In this document: in pieces, positions 1-12,852 of the stretch
How the letters are laid out: every line of letters begins with the position of its first letter
How positions within the stretch are numbered: position 1 is the stretch's first letter
Notes under the pieces: model-generated
Told to the model about the DNA's origin: nothing
The model's input: only the letters and a program-made list of their open reading frames with translations
Databases searched by the model: none
DNA from: Octopus sinensis
Taxonomy: Eukaryota
DNA: 64,000 nucleotides
Direction: 5' to 3'
Assembly (NCBI RefSeq): GCF_006345805.1
Contig: NC_042998.1
Coordinates: forward strand, 42,346,001-42,410,000
Position numbers and translations under genes: made by a program

Positions 1-768
1 CATGCACAAACACACACATCATTAAACAGAAAACAAGATATTATATTCAATGCTTTATAGGACATACATATCTGTGAGTGTGTGTGTAGTAATGAATTCT
101 TTATTTACTTCTATGGAGATATTTGTAAGCCATTAACGTTGTGTTGTATTATGTTCATTTTTTGGTGCTCAGTTTTTGGCTTTTAGAGTTGTATATTTTT
201 TGTAATGTACTTAAGTTTTGGCTTGTCAGCTGTTTTAGTGTTTGTAATTATTCTTCAGGCAGCAACATTGTTGTTGAATCTAAGGACTTTAATAGAAAGA
301 CAATGGTGCCTCTTAAATTTTTGTGTCATATTTTGTTGTGATTCAAGATATTTTTCAAATGTTTTGTGTTATCTATTTGTATGTGTGACATATTTATTCA
401 TTCATTTATCTATATATTTATTTCAGTTGCTCAGAAATAAAATGCTATGGTTTTACATCTTGCTGATCACAGTTGTCCGTTAACTCCGTGTGCTTTAGAA
501 ATATCAAAGTGCATTCCTATGATCTTGAGAGTATAAAACTTATCACTATAAAAGTCTAGGAAAATTGTCATAAACTGATAATTTTGTTAAAGAGCTCTTA
601 GATTAGAAAACCTTGTTTCAGTTTAACTATTATTGGGATTTTAAATGAATTTGTTACACTTATAAAATTGATCATTGTATGTTATGATGAATGCAATTGT
701 AGTTTTTGAAATTTTATGGTTCAGAGTAAAAAGTTATAATGAAATTCCAAATTAGTATTTCCTTTTTC

Positions 769-772
<4 letters not shown>

Positions 773-859
<87 letters not shown>

Positions 860-860
860 A
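773..860. repeat. (CT)n microsatellite
   Basis: Direct reading. It explains the ERERER ORF. Confidence 0.97.
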
Positions 861-3800
861 CTTTCTCTTTTTGTGTATTTTCCTTTTCGTTTAGGACTTC
901 CATTTCATTCTCCTTTTAGTTACATTTACCTAGAAAATGGTGAATGAAACGTGAAGGAGCATATATGTATAATACATGCTAATCAAGATGCATATAAACT
1001 GCATCAAATAAACATATACGTGCAAGCACATATCAGTGCATTTTTATCAGAGTCTGAAATTTATTCCAGAACATGCTGTAAATGAATTGTTATCTAGAGT
1101 AGCTACTCCAAACAACTAAAGGAATCTAATTCCATTTTCATGATTACTTGAAAGTAGCTAATGCTGAAAACTGCCCACTTAGTAAACCATGAAGGATAAT
1201 AAAATCCTTAAATCCTTAAAAATGTTTCAGCCTGAAAGCTGTGGTCATGCTGGGGCACTTCTGTATTTTAAATACTTTCTCCTCAATCTCCCTTTTCGAG
1301 TCACTCTTTATTTTACAAGTATGCTTTCTACTAGAAAAGGTGATATAAATATGCCCCATTTTTTTAAAGATAAAAACCCTCCATGAATATTATTATTACC
1401 ATCTTCTTCCTTTTCGTCTTCTGCTGCCCCAGAACCTGTTGGGTTGATTCATTGTCTACATTTGTTTCCTTGACGCCTACTTTCACAACCTTCACAGTTT
1501 GGGGCAATATTTTCTTCTTTCTTTTCCTTTAGGGATCATATCATGTTCCAAAATGTAGCTTTTGTTGACTTAGTACACTTATATATTTTGCTATTATTAT
1601 AAGGATATGAAATGAATGTGGTGGGGTAGGAATTATCAAGTTAAGCTAGTTGGTGTCCTTGACTTTGTTTTATTAGAGGCCAGGGTTCAATTGTGGCAGC
1701 TATCTTATTTCGAATTAGATTTCCAAAATACAGATTATCATCAGTTCAATAATATCACTCTGTCAATGCATATTTATTTTGCATTCATTACTTCGATACT
1801 ATTACAAGGTCATGAAACCAATGAATACTAAACTTTAATAAAATTATGACTATTAATAAATAACAAAAAAAAATGAATAAAAATTGAATTATTCCGCTGT
1901 ATATAATAGGTACCATAGTTCATGGTAAGTTTTTGAGCATACATTTGTGACCCAGTTTTCATTCCCAGTTGGAACTGCTTCATTGCATTTATGTTACTAA
2001 CACCAAGTGGGAAGCGCTAACATAACACCTTCCCATTTCACCTTCTACTAAAACCATTTGTAGTTGGTAAGCTATTACAAAAAAGTATATAAAAATAATA
2101 ACTAAATATTAGAATGATGAAAACATTGCAAAAGTCGTTATTGTAAAAAGTCAATAAAATAAAAGAATGAGAGATATATTTGGCTGAAATAATTTCATAA
2201 CTTTTTTCAAGGAATTAGAAACTGACCTTGATTCTGGTTGATAAGCATAGAGCATTGATGAAAGCGTGCCAAATAATACCATATTTGGATTGACTGCTTT
2301 ACAACATAATACTTTTGTATCAAACTGAAAATAAATATAAAAAGTTGTCCCAAATGAAATATTTAAATTATTAACAAACTAAAAATGCAAAATCTGGAGG
2401 AAATATTAAAAAAAAAATAATTGTAGTCATTTAATTAACAATATTGCGACAGTGTTCAGTGTGAATGATGTGTAGACAAATAGAGCAAGGTAATTAAGAC
2501 ATTGAAAAATATAGTATATATACAGAATTTTCGATGAGTACAGAAGTCAGACTAAGTAAACATTTATCCAACCAGATTATATTGGAAAGCAAAGTAGTTA
2601 ATCTTCAATATTCTTCTCAATCACTGTAAAGAGTATATATTAGGGTAGAAAAAAATGAGGTAGATTTTGGGCTAATACACAGTAAAAAAAAGTAGCAGGA
2701 ATAGTCATCAAATGAGAGGAAAATACAGGGACAATCTGTTCACCTTCTTTTTCAGTTTTAAGGTTTTTTTACTAGTGATAACCTCCTATCTTCTAAACTA
2801 TTTCACATCCATACCATGGACTTATCTTATGCCTCTTCCTGAAGTCTACCAGTTTCCATCATAACTATTATGAACACCCTTTAGTGAAACTTTTACTGAT
2901 CTCCCATGACTTATATTCCTTGATTTGTTTCTTTCTATGTGTTATATGAATATAAATATGTCATAATCTGACCTGATACCTGTTGTTTGCCTGTCTATCC
3001 TTTTATTCTATTATACATGGAGATAACTGTTATGCAATTTTGATTAATATGAAATCATAACACATAACCTGCCATCCATATGCAGAAACTCTCTCTCTAA
3101 TATTTTCAAGCTACAGGATGTGAATGATTACTATGCTATGCTATAGAATAATTTGTATAAGTTTTTAACAAACTTCTTACAGATGGATTCCCAAGAAATT
3201 TGTGTAAGGAACCTATTCAGTGAAAAAAATGTCCATTAAGAACTAGTTCCCTATTTTTCTTTCAACCATCCTTTATATCATAAAAAATAAAATCAGGTCC
3301 TATAACCGCTGTACAAAGAGTATAGGGATAGATAGGAAACCAATATAATGAAGGCAGTGCATTTAACACATAAAGTGTGATGGGCCATGATTGTGGCTGT
3401 CAGGCACAGGTTGACAGGCCACAATCATGGCTCAGATAGATGCATTTAATTTATGAGCGTTTGTTGGAGTTTAACATCACTCAAACACAGCGATGCCCCC
3501 CCCCCCGAATGTAAGAGGACTAATAGTCCAACTAATGACTTTCAGATGATGTATAACTTGCCACCATTTTACACTAAGAAGATATTTTAACTATTTTTTG
3601 TTTTTTATGTGTGCATGGTAGTTTCATTTTCACAAAATGTGCTCAGCAGTCCATGCTATGTAAGTGCAAATCCCACTGCTTTGTGGGTTAAAGATGGTAC
3701 AACTGAGTGGGATTTCAAGTTCACTGAATTAACTGTTTGAGTTCAATAAGTGAACTCTCTGCATTCAGCGTAGGTCCAAAGATTACAATCTTGTTGCATT

Positions 3801-6749
3801 AGTCCTTTTTAAATGGCCTATAATTGTATAGAAGATAAATCAGAATTCAAAGAGGCTGGCAGTGGTCTGTGTTGGCAAGGCTTGTTGCACCCAGTTTTTC
3901 AAATGGAGGATGTAAAACTCTGCTGTCTTTCTTTTATTTCCCTCCTCTCAACTTCACCCTGAAGAAGGACTCTGTCCAAAATCTTTGATTTTTTTCCCCC
4001 ACTCACCATGGTAATTTTATATAAGCAACATGTCCAGATAAGAAAAAAGCAAAAACAAAATAGTGAATTGTTTTTCTATTGGTTGAAACATGTTATGGCA
4101 TCTTCAGTTTACAACTTGTTCATTTCCATCTCTAGCATTAACTGAATGAATTCTCTAACCACCAGTCTCTATGTTTCCAAGTACCCCTTAGATTAAATTT
4201 TATTTATCTTCAACAATATTTTCCATATATTTTCCCTTCCTTTTTCTTGATTTCTTCATTTAAAAATTTATATGAAATTATTCAAAATATGTGTCTATTT
4301 TTGTTGTTGTTACAAGTAATTACATTCAGAAAAATAAAAAAAAGTAATATTTGCTTTTCTTTCCTTTCTCACCCACTAAATAAATATTCTGCCTATAATC
4401 CAGAAGAAACCAAACAGACCAGGTTAGAACAAGTTCAATTTGTTGTTATGAAACATTTCCTAATTCCTAGCTTTTACATAGTGTTTTGGATGAAAACATC
4501 CATGTATATTACATTTGTATGTGGTTGTGAATAAATAAACACATAGAAATTGAAATAGTTTTGCTTTTTCTAATTCAATAAATAAATCAGAAAAATTGAA
4601 GCAAGAAAGAAATGACTAATTCTAACCACAAATTTTAAACAAATTATTTTATTTCTAATAAAAAATCTGAAATATGTACTTTAAAATCTGAATCATTCTT
4701 TATTATATTTTGTTTCCTGGTTCTCTGTTTCAATCTTAGAAAAATTAGAATATGAAAGAAAATTATTTTCCAGTATTTACTTATAAATAGGATCTAAATG
4801 AAAATTATTTTTAGCCAACAAGAGCATGTTCCAGTATCCAAATCATTGTTCACTGGTACAATCCTGTTTTGTGCTTTTTTATGTAAACTATTTCACTAAA
4901 TTTTGTTAAACAAAGCTTCATGTCTAAGTGGTCATAGAAAAATATAATCAAAACAAAAAATATCCTTTTGTTTTAGAATATGAAAATTATTACAAACAAA
5001 TGATACAAACAAAAGGCATAGCATGTGCTATTAACAGACAAGAAAAGAAAAATGAAAATATTTATTAACAAACACCCTCCCTCATAGGAAATTTCTAAAC
5101 CTGTGACAATTGTTATTGACTTTGTTACAAATGAAAACAAAGGGGAAATATGACCTTGTGAGATGTGTCATTTGACCTTTAAGTAACTGTCAGCTTTTGT
5201 GTTTAAGCAAACCTTAAAATCTTTGACTACACACCCTAGGTTAGCATGCTATCAAAAATATACAATAAATTGTTGATACTTTACAGAACCAAAAGTAGAT
5301 TGACTCTTTCATTACCATACACTGCATTTGTATCAATTAATTTTGCAGAAACATCAATGTCATCGAAAATTATCAAGACCTAAGAAAGGAAGGCCTTATG
5401 AAGTGTAGTTAAAATCCAAAAGGAAGCTGCAAGGCCACCAGGAGACAGCCCAGGGTGAAGAATAGAGGAGAAAAGTCATTGATAGCCTATGCTCCATATG
5501 CTCCATTGGGAGTGAAGGGCTTAAGTAAAGTAAATAATGTTGTTTAGCCTCAGGACAGGTCTATGACAAAAGGTTCTCCATCTATGACTATCCTATTTTT
5601 TTTTTTAGCATAACGAAAACTAGATTATCTAATTTGCCTTTCCTTTTTCTTTTCTTTTTTCTTTGTTCAACTGGTTGGATTTATCTGGGGAAGATCTGGT
5701 TGTTACTACTTGTGAGGTGAACAGCCATGTACAGGTTTTCTCATTGGTTAATAAGTATTAGTATTTTAGAGACCTGATGCTTAGTGGCATTTCATCCATC
5801 TTTATGTTCTGAGTTCAAATTTTACATTTCATCCTTTTGGGATCGATAAAATAAATACCAGTTAAGTACTGAGGTCGAAGAAATCCCCCAAATTGCTGGC
5901 CTTGTGCCGAAATTTGAAACCAATATTTTGGGATTCAGAGGTTAAAAATAAAATTAGACCACATCTGTGGACTGTCAGGTGATCAAATGAATTCTCCTTT
6001 ATTATGGATCTATTCACCTTATAAAAACTTAACAATGGTGTGTAGTAAAAACAGAATATTTTAATGGAACAAAACATGAAATAACTTTCTCAAATTAGAA
6101 AAGATTTGATGTATGCATGATCATACATAAAACAACAAACAATCAAAGGAATGACCAAGTAAAAAGCTTCTATGTAATGCTCAGCCTATTCGACAAGCTA
6201 CATTCGGTAGTATTGAGGGAAGTGGTTTGTGTCAGGTGTTGAGAGGCAAGATTAGGATACATAGATAAGAACAGGTGCTTTGCTGAAGAGGAGATACATG
6301 GATACACCAGCTGGAAAAGGAAAGAAGATGAGGATGATGCAGTGTGATCAAATACTCTGAAAATACAAACAGTAAATGTAGTTGCTACACAATAAGCAAT
6401 TATTTTTAAAATTAGTATTTCTTTTGTCTTACCTTGATTGGTAATTCATACATAACATTTTCAAAGCAGTTTATTTCAAAAACAACTGAATAGTCCTGTT
6501 TCCCATAACAAAACCATGCAAATCCTGGAATTAAAACAAAACAGAAAAAAATTATGTCATACCTATCCAATTTCATGGTACAAATTCTATAATTCAATAT
6601 CACTGTATCACTGTCATATGTTGTTATACGTAAGTAGTCACAGTGTACTTCCAATTCTTTCTTGATTGTGCCATTCTTTTCTATCTTGGCCCATCTTGGT
6701 TAATGAAATCGTTTTCTCATCATTTTTGATGCCTGCTAAAGAACTTTTG

Positions 6750-7146
6750 ACTCTTTTACTCTTTACTCTTTTACTTGTTTCAGTCATTTGACTGCGGCCA
6801 TGCTGGAGCACCGCCTTTAATCGAGCAACTCTACCCCGGGACTTATTCTTTTGTAAGCCCAGCACTTATTCTATCAGTCTTTTTTATCAAACTGCTAAGT
6901 AATGGGGACATAAACACACCAGCATCAGTTGTCAAGCAATGCTAGGGGGACAAACACACACACATGCATATATATATACATATATACGATGGGCTTCTTT
7001 TTAGTTTCTGTCTTAGTTTCTCACAAGGCTTTGGTCGGCCCGAGGCTATAGTAGAAGACACTTGCCCAAGGTACCACACAGTGGGACTGAACCCTGAACC
7101 ATGTGGCTGGTAAACAAGCTACTTACCACACAGCCACTCCTGCGCC
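6750..7146 (-). mobile_element. tRNA-derived SINE, family A (head, internal TA/CA microsatellite, CR1-like tail)
   Basis: Head GGCGCAGGAGTGGCTGTGTGGTAAG...GGTTCAGTCCC (A/B-box-like). Tail GGTGCTCCAGCATGGCCGCAGTCAAATGACTGAAAC followed by (AGTAAAAG)n. More than 12 related copies in the window. Confidence 0.88.
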
Positions 7147-8469
7147 TATATAATTATTTTATAATTATTATGAGATATAATTATTTTTTTCTTTTTATGT
7201 ATTTTATAAATGTATTGTTTTTGTTGCTGCTGCTGTTGTTGTTATTGTAGGCATTGCTGTCAGTATGCAAAGATCTGGAACAAATGCACCAGGGCATTTC
7301 ACCAACTTGAATTGTTACTTTATATTCCTCTTGATTCCTTCTGATACTGTTCCCAAGTACCCAACAATAATTGGCACTATTCATTCTTCTTTTTCTTTTA
7401 TTTGTTTCAGTCATTTTGACTGTGGCCATGCTGGAGCACTGCCTTTAAGTCGAAGAAATCGACTCCTGGACTTATTCTTCGTAAGCCTGGTACTTATTCT
7501 ATCGGTTTCTTATGCTGAACTGCTATTTTAATGAGTTATATCTATTTATCACCTGAAGAGACACATCTGCACAGTTGGATGCACTTAATAAAAATTCTCA
7601 TATCTTTTATCTTCTGTCTCTCATTAACCAAATACGTAACAAACACTGTGAAAGTGATCGTTATTTACCAGTAAGCTACCAGGTATAAATCATTCATTTT
7701 ATTATCTAATATAAACGTGTGTGTGTGTGTGTGTGCACTGACCCTTGCAAGCTTGGAAAAGTAGACATTAAAACAATGATGATGATGTCACTATTCATAT
7801 ATACATACATACAGACAGACAGACACATAAGACAAGCTTCTGTACAGTTTCTGTCAACCAAGTTTCACTCACAAGGCATCGATTAACAAACCAAGAGTCA
7901 CTTATCCAACGTGCAACATAGCAAGATTGAACGAAAACCATGTGGTTGTAAGTTAAACTTCTTACCTACACAACAATACCTGCATCTCATTGCAAGAAAA
8001 TATTTCATAAATGAAAGTGTGTCTAGAGAGTCATTTTGTATCCTATTGTATCCTATAACTGAGTATTGTCTATTGAATACAACAGAATGTGTTTCTATCT
8101 TAGATTCTGTTACAATAATAAAATTCATTTATGAATTCATCATTGAATAATGTTGATGAGAGATTCCACTTTTTCTCTTATCTTCTCAGTCATCCATTCT
8201 GTTATGCACACACAAATGTATACTCATATATACAGAAAATTATTTTCTAATCCTCTGGTTCTCCATGTATCTCCTTCTCATACATTCTCACATGCAGACA
8301 CATAAATGAATGCATGAATAAAAGAAGTATTCTTTTTATAAAGTTACCTTCGATATAGACTTCAGCAGTCTGTATTGATAACTGTTGTTCTGTGATAGGT
8401 TTCAAATGATTCATCTGAATAACGATAATAATGATGGTTATAACAACAACAACAACAACAACAACTATG

Positions 8470-8509
<40 letters not shown>

Positions 8510-8515
8510 TAATAA

Positions 8516-8789
8516 GAGAATGATCCCTGGCTTACCATCCCTGCAAGAAGTGCAAACGATTGTCTTAACTGGTACATCACACATATTGAGAAGAGCATTG
8601 TCGATGTGAGAACTGTTGCTGCTCATGTATTTTAATTTAACTTTAAAAAAAATAAAAAAATAAAAAAATGAACGAACTATTGAGTTTGGTTTAATGGCCT
8701 ACCAATGTATACTATGAGTTTCTTTGCCCTAGGAGTCGGGAAGACACCCAGCAAGAAATGGAAACAAATTTGAAAGAAGAAAAAAAAAA

Positions 8790-8836
<47 letters not shown>
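8516..8836 (+). mobile_element. 3' end of an R4/Dong-type (restriction-like endonuclease) non-LTR retrotransposon with a (TAA)n tail
   Basis: RMIPGLPSLQEVQTIVLTGTSHILRRALSM* followed by about 180 bp of 3' UTR. (TAA)n lies on both sides. Same family as 35254-36170. Confidence 0.78.
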
Positions 8837-8839
<3 letters not shown>

Positions 8840-11129
8840 AAAAAGAAGAAGAAAAAGTACAAGAAGAACAACAAAATCAGCAACAATAATAATGATTTAA
8901 TTTTTCCTACTATAGGCACAAGGCCTGAAATTTGGGGGAAGAGCGTTAATTGATTGTACCAGTACCAATACTTGACTGGCATTTATTTTATTGACTCTGT
9001 AAGGATGAGAGGCACAGGTGACCTTGGTGAAATTTGAACTCAGAACATAAAGCCAGGAGAAAAGCTGTTAAATATTTTGTCTGATGTGCTAACGATTCTA
9101 TCAGTTTACCATCTTGAACTACGATTGCCTAAACAAATAAATATTGGAATCTGTTTCATTTCCAAAGATTTCCTTTTACTTGCTTGCCTGTTGTTTCTTC
9201 ACAATTAAACTTTTCATAAAGGTTGCTATTTCTCTTGATACCCTTATTTAAAAAAAAAAAAATGAGTTATTTTCTCTATTGCATTTTTAATATTAACTTT
9301 TCTTGAACATATTTCTAATGACATTGGTGCTTAATGAATTTTAAAATAATCATGAATTTAGATATATTTAATAAAATAACTATTTTTAAAATTATTACTA
9401 ATCTGTTATTTTGATTCTATGTTTAGAGAATATAATTACATAAAATTATTGTGGAAGGTTCTAATAAAAAATGAATACTTTATATGGTAGCATAACATAA
9501 TTATTATATGCTAGCATTTTTATATGGTAGCATTAAGTTTGCCTAATTATAATATTCCGTTGATTATGTTTTATTAAAACTGAAAAATAGATAACACTAT
9601 TTCTGAGTTAAGTAGTTGGCATTAAAAAAATATAAGAATAAAAAAAAAGATACCTGTTAATAAAAGACGAAAATGAAAAATTTTCAGAAAATATTACATA
9701 ATAATCTGAATTTAGTAGAACAATCCAGCTTTTACTCAAACAAGATATTTAGTCATAAATGCATAAAAAATAAATCAATATTGTATGGATTGATGACATG
9801 CAACTAATTAAGTTTTATGAATATAGCTAATCAAGATGAATGCTCAGTGCATAAATAATTCTTTATTTTGTTGATAGTCTTCTTAATGATAAAACCATCA
9901 TGAATATAACTTGTTCCATGTTATAATTAATGAAATAAAGACAACAGAGTTTCTAACCATAAGACACCTTGTCTAAATAAATATGGTTCTTTTTCCAAAT
10001 ATGTAGAATATATGAAATATTGGAAAAGTCATGTTTAATAGTAAATATTACATAAACTTTACAAAATTAAACAAAATAAAAGTGTAAAATAACAGTGATG
10101 TCATATATCTACAGAAACTAAGAAATAATATCTAAAAAGGCTTGGCAGTCTGCCTCATGGTACCAGTAGACAAAATGAAAAGGGCATTGCCCTGAAGAAT
10201 GGTGAGGGAGGATACAGGCACAGTCACTCTGACTCATGGGGCTCACACTTGCAGATAGTCATTAACCATCTCTATCCTGATAGCAATGAGCAGGGATGTG
10301 GTCTGAGGGCCAAGAATGCTGCCACAAGCTCCACTACAAACTTGTCAGAGAGCAGCTGATAATTCCAATAGTTATAAAGATATTTAGATGTACCACATTT
10401 GAAATGATTATTTTCAACATAATACTGACTTCTAACGATGGCACAAGGTACATAAGTTTTGGGATAGGGTATAGTTGATGAAATCGAATCCAGTTGTCCA
10501 CTGGCACTTTATATGTGCAAGTGACAGAAAATATGCTAGTGTAAGTGACAGAAAATAAAGGACATTAGTTTATTGCATGTAACCTTCTCAGGTGAGCTAT
10601 ATGACAGCAAAGTGAATTGAGGTAATGTAGAATAAAGTGTTCTGGCTTGAAACATAATAAAATGTCAACAGCACACTGAAACTTTTGACCCACAAGCAGA
10701 TAGTCCAATAATTACTTTATTCACTTAGCCATCTCCCAGCTACAAAATGAATATAGCTATGAGTTAAATATTTATTACAATTACAATCCTTTTCTCTTTG
10801 ATTGTGATTTCCATTGAAAAAACTCTTAATTCAATAATCAGGAAACAAATTTTACTTCTCATTAAACTGTCTTATAATCAAAACCTTTGAGCAGTGTTTT
10901 TCGGCTCATAATAGATACTCATAACAGTGCCAAGGAGTGTTCCAAGATGGTCAGATTTACAATACTAACCAATAATAAACTTGGAAAAATTATTGAAATT
11001 AAGATTAACTTCTAACCCAAGGATGGTACGTTAAGACATACAGCTCATTATAAGAGTTTTAAAAATATTGCCTTGAACTATAGATTTGCTATTAAAGGAA
11101 TTAAAGATGAACTATTTGTTATGGTTGCC

Positions 11130-11425
11130 AGCACCGCCCCGTTTCGTGTCCGTTGCCAGCCTCGCCTGGCCCTCGTGCCGGTGGCACATAAAAAGCACCA
11201 TCCGTTCGTGGCCGTTTGCCAGCTCTGTCTGACACCAGTGCGGGTGGCACGTAAAAAGCACCCACTACACTCACGGAGTGGTTGGCGTTAGGAAGGGCAT
11301 CCAGCCGTAGAAACACTGCCAGATTTGACTGGGCCTGATGAAGCCTTCTGGCTTCACAGACCCCAGTAGAACCGTCCAACCCATGCTAGCATGGAAAACG
11401 GACGCTAAATGATGATGATGATGAT
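11130..11425 (+). repeat. Dispersed RTE 3'-UTR-derived repeat (family C) ending in (GAT)n
   Basis: GGCGTTAGGAAGGGCATCCAGCCGTAGAAAC...CCAACCCATGCTAGCATGGAAAACGGACGCTAAATGATGATG. Further copies lie at about 17666-18030(-), 20004-20170(-), 20755-20935(+), 22715-22895(+), 47703-48010(-), 49095-49235(+) and 55455-55595(-). Confidence 0.85.
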
Positions 11426-11689
11426 GTTAGCATTTTCAAAGCAGTTTGTTATTTAATGCAGTTTAATGATTCCTGAGGATATTCAACTATTTTTAAAGAG
11501 TCTCTTTGAAAAATATTTAAGTTCTTGCTAAAACTTAAAAAGCCTAAGCCTAGTAGCAGTTCTTCTAGCTCTTTACATTTATTGACTTGCCTTTCACACT
11601 TTTGAAGACAATCAGTTAAGCATCAGTCCTGTACTGGGGTGTGTGTGTGTGATGTGTCTGATTTACTCTCTTCTCAAGACTGCTGGCCT

Positions 11690-12490
11690 TTTACCAAGAT
11701 TAGAAGAGATTATTATTATAACTGCTATTATAAGGTGGTGAGCTGGCAGAAATGTTAGCAAGCCGGGCGAAATGCTTAGCGATATTCCATCTGTCTTTAC
11801 GTTCTGAGTTCAAATTCCACTGGGGTCACTTTACTTTTCATACTTTCAGGGTCGATAAATTAAGTACCAGTTGCATACTGGGGTCGATCTAATTAACTGG
11901 CCCCTCTCCCAAAATTTTGGGCCTTGTGCCTAGAGTAGAAAAGATTATTACTGCTATTGTTGTTATATTAAGATAAAATCCTTCTGAGATCAGTTTTGCT
12001 CTTCATCCCTCCAGGGTTCATAAAATAATGCACCAGTCAAGTATTGGGTTTCATGGTACTAATTATCTCTTTTCACCTAAAAATTCTTGACCTTGGGCCT
12101 ACATTAGAAACAATTATTATTGTTGTTATTATTATTATTATTATTATTATGAAACACTGGTGTCGATGTAATAGATTTGTCCACACCCAGCAAATTTCAG
12201 GCTTTGTGCCTTTAGCAGTAAGGATTATTAAGGTGGTGAACTGGCAGAATCATTAGCATGCCAGGCAAAATGCTTAGTGACATTTTGTCCATCTTCTTGT
12301 TCTGAGTTCAAATTTCACCAAGGTCAACTTTGCCTTTCATCTTTTCAGGGTTGATAAATTAAGTACCAGTTATGTACTGGGGTTGATGTAATTGACTAGC
12401 CCCCTCCACCAAATTTCAGGCCTTGTGCCTTTAGTAGAAAGGATAATTATAATAATAATAATAATAATAATTATTATTATTATTATTATA
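11690..12490 (+). mobile_element. Head-to-tail chain of SINE family B copies with (TTA)n tails
   Basis: Full copies at 11732-11950 and 12229-12445 (AAGGTGGTGAGCTGGCAGAA...GAGTTCAAATT...GGGCCTTGTGCCT..AGTAGAAA.GATTATTA) with truncated copies between and before them. Other copies lie at about 5775-5935, 8915-9115(-), 41865-42085, 42945-43170 and 53715-53880(-). Confidence 0.82.
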
Positions 12491-12568
12491 AAAGGATTGA
12501 AAAGGGAAACATTTACCTTGGATCAAATTTGAGGTTCTGTTGGTAAGAATATATAATACTGAACTAAC

Positions 12569-12718
12569 CTTCTCCTCATCAATTTCTCTACTGAACAAAA
12601 AGCTATTTTCATTAATTTTCTGCCATTTATAATGTTCTTGAATCATACTTTGATAATAGACTTGTTTAGCACGGATTGTCTGCCATTTAGGAAATGGGTT
12701 AAGTTCTTCAAAAGCTAC
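12569..12718 (-). CDS. TBC1D2B: Next coding exon of the TBC1D2/TBC1D2B-like gene (post-TBC helix)
   Basis: 150 bp phase 0-0 exon with acceptor tttatattccAG and donor AAG|GTTAGT. It encodes VAFEELNPFPKWQTIRAKQVYYQSMIQEHYKWQKINENSFLFSREIDEEK and joins in frame to the previous exon. AFxxLNPFP is the motif that follows the TBC domain in the TBC1D2 family. An alternative donor (CAAG|GTAAAT) lies near 12517. Confidence 0.82.
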
Positions 12719-12852
12719 CTGGAATATAAATAATAATATCTTATTTGATTACTTTAGCAATGTTATATTAGCAAAAATGCTTCCTCAATATTACCCTGGT
12801 TCTAATATCTTTGAATTCTTATTCTAGCAATGATATTTGAGCCAACCTACTT

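Noticed and set aside
6348-6356. Possible terminal micro-exon (SI*) of the TBC gene after a strong minus-strand acceptor
   Set aside because: Too short to evaluate, and the region looks like an RTE-like remnant on the plus strand.
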